Under the pieces are notes generated by a model. The model saw only the letters and a list, made by a program, of their open reading frames with translations, ran no database searches and had not been told where the DNA came from. From Octopus sinensis (taxonomy: Eukaryota): a stretch of DNA of 64,000 nucleotides. Within the stretch, counting starts at the first letter, position 1, and the number at the start of each line of letters is the position of its first letter. The translations under genes were made by a program, and so were the position numbers. The DNA is taken from NCBI RefSeq assembly GCF_006345805.1, contig NC_043007.1, positions 45,756,001-45,820,000 of the forward strand, in the 5' to 3' direction. Of this stretch, positions 1-11,639 are shown piece by piece.

Positions 1-540
1 AGCACTGCAGCTAGGCATATTGATATCACCACCAGATAGTAGAATTTAACAGTAGTTTAACTGACATAACTCTGTTAAAGGAAAAAGAACAGAAGTAAAT
101 GTAATGATAGCCTTTCTCTGCGAAATATTGCTCAATCTTATAAGTGTCAGTTTGAAAGCGCGCTTTCAGGTAAAGTGATAGCTTCTACAAAACACATTAG
201 AAAAAATATTCTTAATTATGACATTAATCTGACATTTGAAGTCACGAAAACAATGACAAAAAATATAGTTAAAATGGGTAGTTTTTCAATAAGGCTATTT
301 ACAATAAAATAGTATTATAAACACAACACTGTGTCATCGATATTTCTCTTCCGCTTTTCAGATTTATTCTGGACTTAGAACATATCTTATCTATACACCA
401 TGACATCGTATAAGCTGAAATTGTTTTGTTCAATGTGGATAAATTTTGATCAATATCAGAACTGTCATGATCGGAAAATGCTATAAGCATGGATAAACTT
501 TGATAGATTTCAGCTAGTATTGATTGATCCAGATAGTTTT

Positions 541-985
541 TAACTTTAACACACCACCTGGTGAAGTCATCAAACTCTTTGTTTGAGAGATCATTGCTCA
601 GTCGATTAAGGAACAGTTATTGACTGAAATATATGCAGCTGTAGGCAATTTATCGGGATTTTCTTGGAAGATTTTTACAGATATATTTGATAGGCTTAGA
701 AATGTTTGTTTCCTTGATTTGTTTTGGAAATATTGAATAGAACAGTTCTGATTCAGAATAAAAGATGTGTCATGATGTGGTTGCTATGTATGGAAGGTTC
801 AGTTTCGGTATTGGGTAGGTGTTACATCTTGATTCATTTCCAAAACTTAATTCTAACCCTAATGGTATATTTTCCATAATGTACAAATAGTGTTGAATTT
901 TCAAAGAGCTGCGCTGGTTGGAATAGAATCGGAATTTTTTTTATGTAGGTGATCTCAGAATTGAGGGGATCACGTGCCACATATT
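541..985 (-). mobile_element. Highly decayed 3' end of a CR1-like LINE (RT C-terminal region)
   Basis: Minus-strand translation gives DHL..FRFYSNQR, TICTLWKIY and FQENPDKLPTAAYISVNNCSLID. These are colinear with DRLKALKLYFLQR, IICTMWKIY and LQRIPDKPPIIGYNSPNKNSLLE of the 3657-4583 element. It also shares the 3' motif caggtggtg..ttaaagtta. Confidence 0.6.
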
Positions 986-2142
986 GTTAATGAGATTCAT
1001 GACGTACAAAAATTCAATATTATTACATAATGTTATTGAGTAGAAGTAACATAGAACAGTAATAAAACTTGGCTGTGAAGGTATTTTGTTCTACAAAAGG
1101 GACTTCGGGTTCGGTGCTATAGTGAGGTTCCTTAGGGAAGTGTCAGTCTTTTACTAAGAACTTTGGTTATATCAGAAGAAACACTTCCGAGTTGCGAGTG
1201 AAACTGTACGGACTCTTGTTACAAATATACACACATGTTTGTGCGTATGTGTGTATTTTATGATTTCCTTATTCATAGCGGCTACAACGTATAACCTCTC
1301 GTTAGAATTCAATGTATTCTTGTCTTAAAGTAAAACAACAGGTAAGAATAGTGCATAATAAGAATTAATGAACACTGAGTGAGATGGGGTTACGAGTTAC
1401 ATAATAACTTTCATTAGCTTAAAGCCCTTTCTACTATTAAAAAAAAACATGTAATCAGATCTGGGTGGGCGGAAGCAGCTCTATGCTAATGAGGCTGATT
1501 AGATAGAAACCCTGTTATTTTGTCATTCATTCATAAAATATATATAATACGGATGTTTGTCTGTATGCGTTTGTATGTGTCTCTGTGTATGTGCGTCACA
1601 TATTTGCATGCTCTTGTATTCATGCAAAAATCTTCAGAATCACTGCTTCAAAAACGATGTTTTTTGTTCTTGGCTCGTAACTCAGCGGTCAGGTAAATAA
1701 ATCAATGCCCAATATAGAACAACAATTGGGAAGGGTACAATTTACTAGTGTCCTTTAAAGAAGTGGCAAAATATAGTGATAACCAAATGACTGAAACAAA
1801 TGAGTACAAAAGTGACAGTATCCATCTGTCAGTCTTTGTATGTATGTGCGTGTCTATATTTCTGTCATACATATAATTATGTATGTATGTATGTATGTAT
1901 GTATGTATGTATATATATCATAACGACCTGGTGGCCATAATCCAAATCTACACAACCAACAATGATGGGGTGAACCGAAAGCAACAACACGCCATGAAGT
2001 TTTTAAAAATATTATTAACAATTAAGCATCAGCATACACAAACCACATACATACCAACAAATATATATGAATAAATTAATTAATGCTACATTAGATGTGC
2101 AGTCAAAATATTTATAAAAGTAAAATATATACAATTTAGAAA

Positions 2143-2232
2143 GTTGGATTCAGAAATTTGGTTTCATAAACTTGATTTCATAAATGTGGATTCGTAAATT
2201 TGGTTTCATAAATTTGGATTTCGAAATTTGGA
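2143..2232. repeat. Degenerate minisatellite, ~14-bp unit (aaatttggtttcat), about 6 copies
   Basis: Read directly: ttggattcagaaatttggtttcataaacttgatttcataaatgtggattcgtaaatttggtttcataaatttggatttcgaaatttgg. Confidence 0.7.
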
Positions 2233-2626
2233 CCTAAACATAAATAAATCTAATGCCAAAGCAACCACTTAGACTAAGAGCTCATGACACAAAACGGCTG
2301 CCAGACTACATCAATAATTATAGTTAAAAGATAAATAGTCAAGCAACTAATCTAGTTTGTTTTAAATTCACACAAAAATGCTTCATACAAGCATGCTGAG
2401 TAACCATTAGAAAATTTACAGTTTAGTTGTCTAATACAAAAACATTGGCTACTTGAAAAATTAAATGCAAACCCACTCTAGCTATTTTTACAAAATTTTC
2501 AGCATTTATCTTAACAGAATATTGCTAGCAAAATTATTACACAACCTGCCACAAAGCAGAGTTCAAAATTCACATAAACATTACAATAATGTAACTTAGG
2601 ATTATATATATATATATATATATATA

Positions 2627-2821
2627 TGTTCCCCACCATCGTTCGACAACCGATGCTGGTGTGTATATGTCCACGCAATGTAGCTGTTCGGCAATAGAGA
2701 CCGATAAAATAAGTAGTAGGATTACAAAGAATAAGTTCTGGAGTCGTTATCTTCGAATAAAGGTGATGCCATACCATGGCCGCAGTCAAATGACTGAAAC
2801 AAGTAAGAGAATAAAAGAATA
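2627..2821 (+). mobile_element. SINE family A, 3' half
   Basis: Matches the reverse complement of 51834-52030 (gacaaccgatgctggtgtgt...catggccgcagtcaaatgactgaaacaagtaagagaataaaaga). Confidence 0.8.
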
Positions 2822-3457
2822 GGAAATATATCATTCGACGTGTATAGCATCATATACACATTACGGCTGATGTTACCAGTCCGTTTCCTGCTAGAGATTC
2901 AACAGAATGCTAGATAACAATCTAGTTATGTAACCCTGCGTTCATCGGAGATACCTAACACCCCGTTGAAACCCTAGCGTGAAACCGATTGGTAAGGTTG
3001 GCCGTAATGGAAATATAGTATTATGCACTTCGAATGATATATCCACTCAATTGACACATACACGAGTGTATTTTCTCTGACTTATGGACTTTTAGACGAC
3101 TTACCCCACCTCCACACACACAGAGTAAAGAATTTCGTTGAAGAGATGTCTCCACGTGTGTTTTAGTGAAAAATATTTATAACAAAAGAAGGAAAATGCA
3201 CACAGTTTATATAGTTTGACTTTATTTTATAAAATAGAATATTACGATAAGCTACTGGTTTATATATCCCTCCCTCACACACAAAGGAATAAGGATAATA
3301 AATCCAAGCAAGTACTTTTCGAGGACTCTGTAATAACAGCACTTGGTTAAGTAGATCGACGAGTGATAACCGCTGTGTATCAAGTGGTCCATATAATTAC
3401 ATTTGTATTCTTGTTCGATTAGCGAAACCTAAGTACGATTATGAAGATTTCAGTATA

Positions 3458-3587
3458 CAGTAGTACCTCACTTTTCGAACAACTCTGATTACAACTAAAT
3501 CGTGCTTATCTCCTGTATTTCTAATATTCATTTAATACAACAATACCCAAGTTTACGAACGCCTCTGATTACGAATAATCGTGATTT

Positions 3588-3652
<65 letters not shown>

Positions 3653-4646
3653 TATACAGACAGAAACAAAATGCAACTGAATGAGGGAAAATTTGAGCTG
3701 ATGCATTTTGGAAGAAATTCCTCACTAAAGCAACCATACTCTCTTCCTTCAGGGGAACCGCTCACAGCCTCTAACAATATCAGAGACCTGGGTGTAATTG
3801 TTGATGACGATCTCAGTTGGAGCGCACACATCAACAAGAAGGTCGATACAGCTCGTAGGATGAGTTCCTGGATCTTAAGAACTTTCCGGTCCAGAGAATA
3901 AGGTGTCATCATACCACTTTTTTCATCCTTTGTACGGCCACACCTTGAATACTGCTGCCCACTGTGGTCTCCTCACACAAGACAAAACATCTCCAGAATT
4001 GAGTCACCCCAGAGGGCTCTCACTAAACAAATTGAAGGCATGGCTGCTCTCGACTATTGGGATCGCCTTAAAGCCTTGAAACTTTACTTCCTCCAGCGTC
4101 GCCGTGAGCGGTACATCATTTGTACGATGTGGAAAATATACCGCCAACTTTGCCCAAACGACCTAAACATTAGCTTCAAGGTTCATCCGAGACTTGGACC
4201 ACGGGCTATACGTCCCCTGCCAAATTCAAGATCACAACATACATGTACACTGCAACATAATTTCTTTTCCTCAACAGGCCCTGCCCTATTTAACATTGTC
4301 CCGAGGGAGATCAAAGAGGAAAAGGATCCCATCAACTTCAAACAGAGTCTGGATAGATTCCTTCAAAGAATACCAGACAAGCCACCCATAATTGGATACA
4401 ACTCACCCAACAAGAACTCACTACTTGAACAAAACTGGATACAACTCACCCAACAAGAACTCACTACTTGAACAAAACTTGACTTAAACAGGATTCGAAT
4501 AATCCTATCAGGTGGTGCTATTAAGTTAGACATGGCCTGGACCAATCTCTGGTCGAAACATATCTAAGTTTTATCTAAGTTTTATATACATAAAGCACGA
4601 TATAATCGTGATCAGAGTTCTTCGAAAACCGAGGTACTACATACTG
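3458..4646. mobile_element. Tigger/pogo-like non-autonomous DNA element (MITE) interrupted by a LINE
   Basis: Left end TA|cagtagtacctcacttttcgaacaactctgattacaactaaatcgtgctta is inversely matched by taaagcacgatataatcgtgatcagagttcttcgaaaaccgaggtactac(atac)tg|TA at 4590-4648. A second internal copy of the left repeat lies at ~3541-3590. TA occurs on both flanks. Confidence 0.65.
3657..4583 (+). mobile_element. 5'-truncated CR1-like LINE: RT C-terminus plus 3' UTR with tandem tail
   Basis: Near-continuous reading NKMQLNEGKFELMHFG..IRDLGVIVDDDLSWSAHI..FVRPHLEYCCPLWSP..LDYWDRLKALKLYFLQRRRERY..GPALFNIVP, with one stop at 3899-3901. Ends in (tatctaagttt)x2. Confidence 0.9.
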
Positions 4647-5271
4647 TATTGTATCAAACTCAAAGAAAATTGGAGAATTATACTTTTTAAATTAATAATT
4701 AATAATCCATAATTTGCTGATCTGCATTTCAGATACGCTAGTGTTACGGAATAGAATGTTGCGTTATGTACGTTACACGACCCATAATCAATCAGCTGTA
4801 GTTATATATAGATCTAGGAACACAACGTTATGACCCACATCAGATTTTGAACAGTGTAGGATGCGAACTCGACAGAATATACTAATAGACTGCTCTGTGC
4901 TGTCCAAAGACAATAAATTATCGCCTATGGATTTATTAATTTAATTTATCGAACTTTATCAGTTGATAAACATTTCAGGTCTGATTATGTTTTCTTTATT
5001 AGTGGCTTTCCTTAGGTTATGACTAACGTAATGAATTCTTATTCTTAGCTTGAATTTGAAATATTTTCTTATCAATAGGTTACAGTATATATTATTAATA
5101 GGATTAAGTCACAGATTATTTTTCTCATTGTAACTTTAATAAACTTATCTTTCTTACACGCTGTTGCAACTTGGCAGCCTAAATAACATATCTTGGTTAT
5201 ACTTTGAATATATTTATCTTATCTATTATTATCTCATTTTGTCTATATAAATACACTCTTACATGCATACA

Positions 5272-5324
<53 letters not shown>

Positions 5325-5339
5325 TACACCACACACACG

Positions 5340-5373
<34 letters not shown>

Positions 5374-5374
<1 letters not shown>

Positions 5375-5662
5375 TCAAAATAAGGCAGTGGAAAGTGTTT
5401 CTTAGCTAACCGCTCCTCTGATGTAATATTTACGCAAAGAGAAGTACTCAGCTAACCTATTCATTAAGTCTTGAGTATCCACTCAACTTACCCCTGCAGT
5501 AAGTTAACTTGGGGAAATGTAACGTTCATATAATTTTGGTTTTTCGGCTAGATGAATAGCTTAGCTGAGTACCCATTGTGGGGTACTTATTACATCATGG
5601 AATTATCGAGCTAGGAGACATATGTAGCCTAGATTATATTCGTTCCACTTCCTCAATTTGGA
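5374..5662. mobile_element. Old MITE-like foldback element with long imperfect inverted repeats
   Basis: ttcaaaataaggcagtggaa (5374-5393) is inverted at 5643-5662. Inner arms 5396-5470 and 5546-5620 share gtactcagctaa.ctattcat and tgatgtaata in inverted orientation. Confidence 0.6.
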
Positions 5663-5907
5663 TTTTTAAATTGCATTCATCGTCACTCGTGACCGAAACA
5701 GAAGGTAACGTGGGCGATACTAAAACATAGAAACTTTCAGCTTATTTAATTTCCTGGTAATTTCAATATGGGAAAAAAGCGTGTAAATTTTAATGTAAAT
5801 AAACTGTTATCGTTCTTTACCGTACACTTTCAAATCTTTGTTTTCTATACCTGCTACGGAGTGCTTAAAGCTTACAAAGTACCTACACTTGCATCCTGGA
5901 ATCTACG

Positions 5908-6017
<110 letters not shown>

Positions 6018-6039
6018 GTATATATTGTTTGTGGAAGTA

Positions 6040-7232
6040 GAACACCCCTAACTGGTTGGCTCGTAATGGAATGTGCCACAATATAAATGGACATGCACAG
6101 AGAGTATTCAGGCATTTAAACTCTTACTGTTGATTTCATGTTTGAAATTTTTCTCTCGATGGCCGTGCTCGTCACAATACTCATCAGATATGACTTATTT
6201 TCGTGACTGGCCTTTGAGGTTTGTGTACCTGCTTGTATTTCTGTAAGTGCATATTCATCTGGAGACTCTGGGTAGTATGGGGTATTTGTAGTTTTCTTGG
6301 GCGTTTGCGGCGGTGTGGTACACTGTGTCAGTGTGTTTTCTATATTTTCTTCTGTGTACTGGGTGCTTGTGTGTTACCTGTTTCTTTCTTTTTCGTTTTG
6401 TTTAGGTTCTTCGGTGGGGGAATTTTTTAGTTCATTTCGCTTTCTGCTTTGTACCTCCTGGAACCTTTCGTCTGCACTTTCCACATTCGTTTCTTCTATG
6501 GTTTCTTCGGTCTTCTCGTCTATGTTGCTGTACTCTTCCTGTTCCTCCTCCACTGGTGTCTGGTTGTTTAAACGGGGGCAGCTCACCTTTATGTGCCCCC
6601 TTTAACTACAGTGGTGACAGGTGGGAGGTTTCCACTCCACTACTACTCGCAGCTTCACTTCTAGCAGCACAATTTCTTCTACAATTTGTTCCCAAGTCCT
6701 GTGAGGTGGCTTGAATTACAACTTCCAGGCCATATCCCCATCCGTTCAGTTGCTTTGCCCGAGTCACTTGTAGTATGTTGGGTCCTCTTTTGTTCCTGTC
6801 AAAATTGCTACAAGCAGCCAAATCTCGCCGATCTCAAGGGGTACCCTGCCAATACTTATTCTCGTCAATCGTTTACTGAGATAGGTTGGCAAAAGTGCAC
6901 AATCCTCCGTTCTAAATGTCGTAGTGGAGTACGTTATTGCCTCATCTACGGCAGCAAAACGCACTTTCACTGAACTGAATCTTATTCCTCTACAAAAAAA
7001 ATTAGATATCATTCCTGATTTCTTTCAGGCACTCCTCTATGACTTCTTCACTTGCCATCTCAAATTTTCTTGCTCTTGAATCACAATGCTCTGTACGCCA
7101 CCACTTTCTTATTTTTCATTTTTCTAACTTCTGCAGGGGGAGTCAGCTTTAGCCTTGACCCCTCTCTCTGAATTAAATCCTTGCTCCTCTTCAAAATTTC
7201 CAAATCCACCTGTACCTCTTCCACTTCCAGCA
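6040..7232 (-). mobile_element. Decayed gag-like ORF1 (L1/Tx1-type) with CCHC zinc knuckle; no ORF2 visible
   Basis: Chain of minus-strand ORF pieces (7081-7232, 6764-7012, 6606-6821, 6374-6586) containing PPTCHHCS*KGHIKVSCP (C-x2-C-x4-H-x4-C) at ~6575-6628. This is followed by an acidic low-complexity linker and FQEVQSRKR. Confidence 0.65.
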
Positions 7233-7243
7233 GGTATATATAT

Positions 7244-7285
<42 letters not shown>

Positions 7286-7307
7286 ATATATATACAATAC
7301 ATGTATA

Positions 7308-7470
7308 TAATTTAGAGAAAACTCTCTATTAAACAATTCAATAATATAAGATGTTATTCACGCCATATAGAAAACATATATGTTAAAAACCTTATTCTAA
7401 AAGTCAATAAAGTACAATAAATAGTAAATAGTAGTAGAAAGACTACGCGCGTTTCTTGGCTATATTTTCA
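7308..7470 (-). mobile_element. Probable PLE pseudo-LTR remnant carrying half a hammerhead motif
   Basis: Abuts a (TA)n tract. The minus strand reads gaaacgcgcgta (plus strand tacgcgcgtttc, 7444-7455), the GAAAC-palindrome-GTA half of PLE-type minimal hammerheads. The CTGANGA half is absent. Confidence 0.4.
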
Positions 7471-7497
7471 AATAGATAATAATAATAAAATCAATTC

Positions 7498-7647
7498 GTT
7501 CTTCTTCTTCTTCTTCTTCTTCTTCTTCTTCTTCTCTTCTTCTTCTTCTTCTTCTTCTTCTTGTTCTTGTTCTTGTTGTTGTTGTTGTTGTTGTTCTTCT
7601 TCTTCTTCTTCTTTTCTTCTTCTTCTTCTTCTTCTTCTTCTTCTTCG
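7498..7647. repeat. Compound (TTC)n/(TTG)n microsatellite
   Basis: Read directly. Confidence 0.97.
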
Positions 7648-7659
7648 TATTATTAGTAT

Positions 7660-8150
7660 TACTGAGTGAGAGAGCAGGGCATGCCATCATTGTGACATTG
7701 GAATACAAGTGTACGAAAGCCAATATACCCATCATCACTGCCAGTCTGATAAGGTTACACCAGGCACATACTTCGCAAAAATATGTGCGTGATATTGTGA
7801 TCTCATATCAAGATAAACAGCGCTGGTGGAGCCCAGTTAGAATTTTCTTCAGGTCGAGTAGCCCATCCCGAACAAAAGGTCCGTGAATAAGGAATGTTTA
7901 AGGATATTGAATGAAACACCTACGTTTCCAAAGGTGAATTATTCAAACCGCAAAGAATTCCTCTTAACACATGGGCTTTATGCTCCCCCACTACTTCTGC
8001 TCGTGATAAGAGATACACTAAGGTACGTGCTCAACTGTTTATGGTCAAACAACTGACACACAAATCTGTGGTATTGAGCAGAAAGTTTCCTGTAGCCCAT
8101 CTTTTATACCAAGAGAAAGCAATGTATATGGTAACACTTCCAATGAGAAC
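7660..8150 (-). mobile_element. Unclassified interspersed repeat, probably a retroposon 3' portion
   Basis: A ~490-bp higher-GC block between two trinucleotide tracts, ending on the minus strand in an AAT/AAG tail. It resembles an abundant octopus repeat from memory only. No protein motif recognised. Confidence 0.35.
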
Positions 8151-8176
8151 CACTGCTTAGTATTGTATCAGGGCAT

Positions 8177-8572
<396 letters not shown>

Positions 8573-9084
8573 ATGATAAGAGTGTGATACCGACTTGATG
8601 AGGTGTTAAATTCTAAGCGCATAATCTGCAACTTCGAGCAGCTGATAGTCCCCATTTATAGTCCATCTGTGTTTACGGTATACCAAGTAATTGAAAAAGG
8701 ATGTTGGAGAACAGTTGAAAGAGAAAACAAGAGAAAAACATACTTGAATGCATCACATATGATATTAGCAAAGCTAATAGGAAATTGGTATTTTCTTTGT
8801 AACAATGGAGCTGTGCAAATAACATTGGTCAATTAACAAAGAGTAAAACGGAGAAATATTTGAGTTGGAATAATTCGCTGATATATCATTGTTTTAGTTT
8901 ACGTTTCAATACAAACCAAATACATGAGATTTCTCAATATATCTCGAAACGTGGTAACTGACAGGCTGGAGTCATAATATATTCATAATTTCTCATTCCT
9001 TTACATTATATCACTCCCACGTACACATAGAAATACGTACACATAGAAATACGTACAAATACTTATATCATATTTGTTTTTTTG

Positions 9085-9278
9085 GGGGGGATACTAAGGG
9101 GTCGGGGATAGTCGATTATATCGGCTTCAGTATTCAACTGGTACTTATTTAATTGACACCGAAAGGACGAAAGGTAGAGTCCACCAAGGCGGAATTTGAA
9201 TTCAAAACGTAAAGACCAACGAAATACCACCAAGCATCATGTCCGGCATGCTAACGATTCTACCAGTTCACCGCCTTA
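9085..9278 (-). mobile_element. SINE family B, diverged copy
   Basis: caactggtacttatttaattgacaccgaaaggacgaaagg..gcggaatttgaattcaaaacgt..ctaccagttcaccgcctta is the reverse complement of the family-B head and body. Confidence 0.8.
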
Positions 9279-9931
9279 CATACTTACATAATACATTAAT
9301 TTACTTCTGTACGGTTTCAGTCACTGGATTGCAGACATACGAAAGTAATGTCGTTTTAGGGCTTCAGTAAGCAAATAAACCCATGGTACTTATCCAATGG
9401 AACTTGTTTGTCGAACCGCTTGTTTAAAGTGGCGCAAAAAAAACACAGAATATACTGCATTACGAAACAAACTAAACACAAATTGCACTCAATATCGATG
9501 CACATACGCGCACGCACGCACGCACGCCCACAGACACATATGACAAGCTTCTCAGAGTTTTCCATCCACCAAAAACCTTCAAATAGCTCTAGCCGTGAAC
9601 CCCAAATCGCAAGGACAAAGGGGGATGTTCATAAACATACCACTATAACATAAATATACAGAAACACACACATAAACACACAGATGTGTGTGTGTGTGTG
9701 TGTGAGTGTGTGTGTGTTGTGTGCGGAAATGTAATTGTCTTCATTGATCGCCAAAAGATAGGCATGCTATCTTTAGGCATTATGTTTCCTCCTTTATTGC
9801 TTTGCTAATTCTCTCTCTTTTTTTCTATCTTTTTGGCCGTCAAAGTTGACTGATGAGCTATCATACCATCATGTATGTATAAGTACGTACGTTTTTTTTT
9901 CCGTATATAACAAAAAATATAGATTTACGCA

Positions 9932-9973
<42 letters not shown>

Positions 9974-10428
9974 GCACACACTCTCACATACGCACAGAGT
10001 AGATGAGTTTTTTTATATTTTCAAGTAATAAATTCAACGCATATAAATGTGTCTGAGTGTGAGGTTTTATATTCATTTTTTTTTCTCTTACTTGGTCCTG
10101 TTATCTAACTGCAGCCATGCCGGAGCGACCCCTTGAGGTGTTTTAGCAGAACAAATTGACTCCAGGACTTAATATTTTAAGCTTAGAACTTATTCCATCG
10201 GCCAATTTGCCGAACAGCTTATATACATACATACATGCATGCATCCATGCATGCATCCATGCATCCATCCATGCATCCATCCATCCATCCACACATACAT
10301 ACATACATACATGCATATATATATATATTATATATATATATATATATAATTTCAACAATTGAGGGTAACATTAATTAATTAATCAATTTCACCAAGTATT
10401 CAGTATGCAAAGGGACCATTTAAGGTGA

Positions 10429-10669
10429 ATTCAAATTATTACATTATATAAAAGGGCTTAGTAAAATAAATTACTTTGCCGCATACTGAACTCATTAGAA
10501 ATACCAGCTAAAAAACTTTTTTAAAACTATTTCTAATACTTTCTAAGGTTTTCTTTAAGTATTAGAAATAGTTTTAAAAAAGTTTTTTAGCTGCTATTTC
10601 TAATGAGTTCAGTATGCGGCAAAGTAATTTATTTTACTAAGCCCTTTTATATAATGTAATAATTTGAAT
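10429..10669. repeat. Near-perfect palindrome: 113-bp arms, 15-bp spacer
   Basis: 10429-10541 is the reverse complement of 10557-10669 with one mismatch seen (aataccag versus aatagcag). Confidence 0.95.
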
Positions 10670-10774
10670 ATATATATATATATATATATAATTCATTATT
10701 ATATTGGTAGCGAGAAAATCCCAGTTGTGTTCTTGAAGCATATCTACTTATTCCAATATTACAATCAAGTTTCA

Positions 10775-10990
10775 GGCGGCGAGACGGGTAAAACGTTAGC
10801 AGGCCGGGCGAAATGTTTTGCGGTTTTTCATCTGTCCTAACGTTCAGAGTTCAAATTCCGGCGAGGTCGACTGTGCGCTTCATCCTATCGGGGTCGATAA
10901 AGTAAGTACCAGTTACAGTTACATACTGGAGTCAATCTAATCGACTGTCCCCCACACTTTTCAAAAATGTCGGACCTTGTGCCTAGAAAA
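10775..10990 (+). mobile_element. SINE family B, full monomer with tail type 2
   Basis: ggcggcgag..cgttagc..ccgggcgaaatg..gagttcaaattccggcgaggtcgac..catcctatcggggtcgataaa..ccttgtgcctagaaa. Confidence 0.85.
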
Positions 10991-11320
10991 TAAAATAATA
11001 TTACAATCCTGTGTGTAGTTGAAGTTGTAGAATTGATGGTTGGTACATACTAAAGTTGAAAATTCTGGCAATATTGTTTGCAGAGTTATTATATTACAAA
11101 AGAAGTATCTGGTATAGTTTTTGGTATTATTTATTGAACATAATTCATGTTACTTTACTAATAGGACTCACATAATTGTACATTTTGGTTAAACATCTAA
11201 AAAAATTCCTATTACTGATTGTTCAGAACAGAAATCACATTTTCCCGATTACTTATACATACATACACACACACACACACACACGCACATACGCGCACAC
11301 ACACACACGCACACACACAC

Positions 11321-11351
<31 letters not shown>

Positions 11352-11606
11352 TGCATACATACATACAGATATGTGTGTGTCTTGGAGCCTCCTGAATTAC
11401 GTACACATACAAATACCGTCAGTTGATGTACTTTTACCATAATCCCCAGGTAGAACCAGCGAGATAGTGTACATAAATGTTCAGACGATGGGCTTCAATA
11501 CAGTTTCTATCTACCTACTTTCACACCCAGTGTATGATTCGAACCGAGGCTTTAAATGTAGCGCCTGCCACAGATGACAGTTAGATCGAACCAGGTACCA
11601 TATATA

Positions 11607-11639
<33 letters not shown>

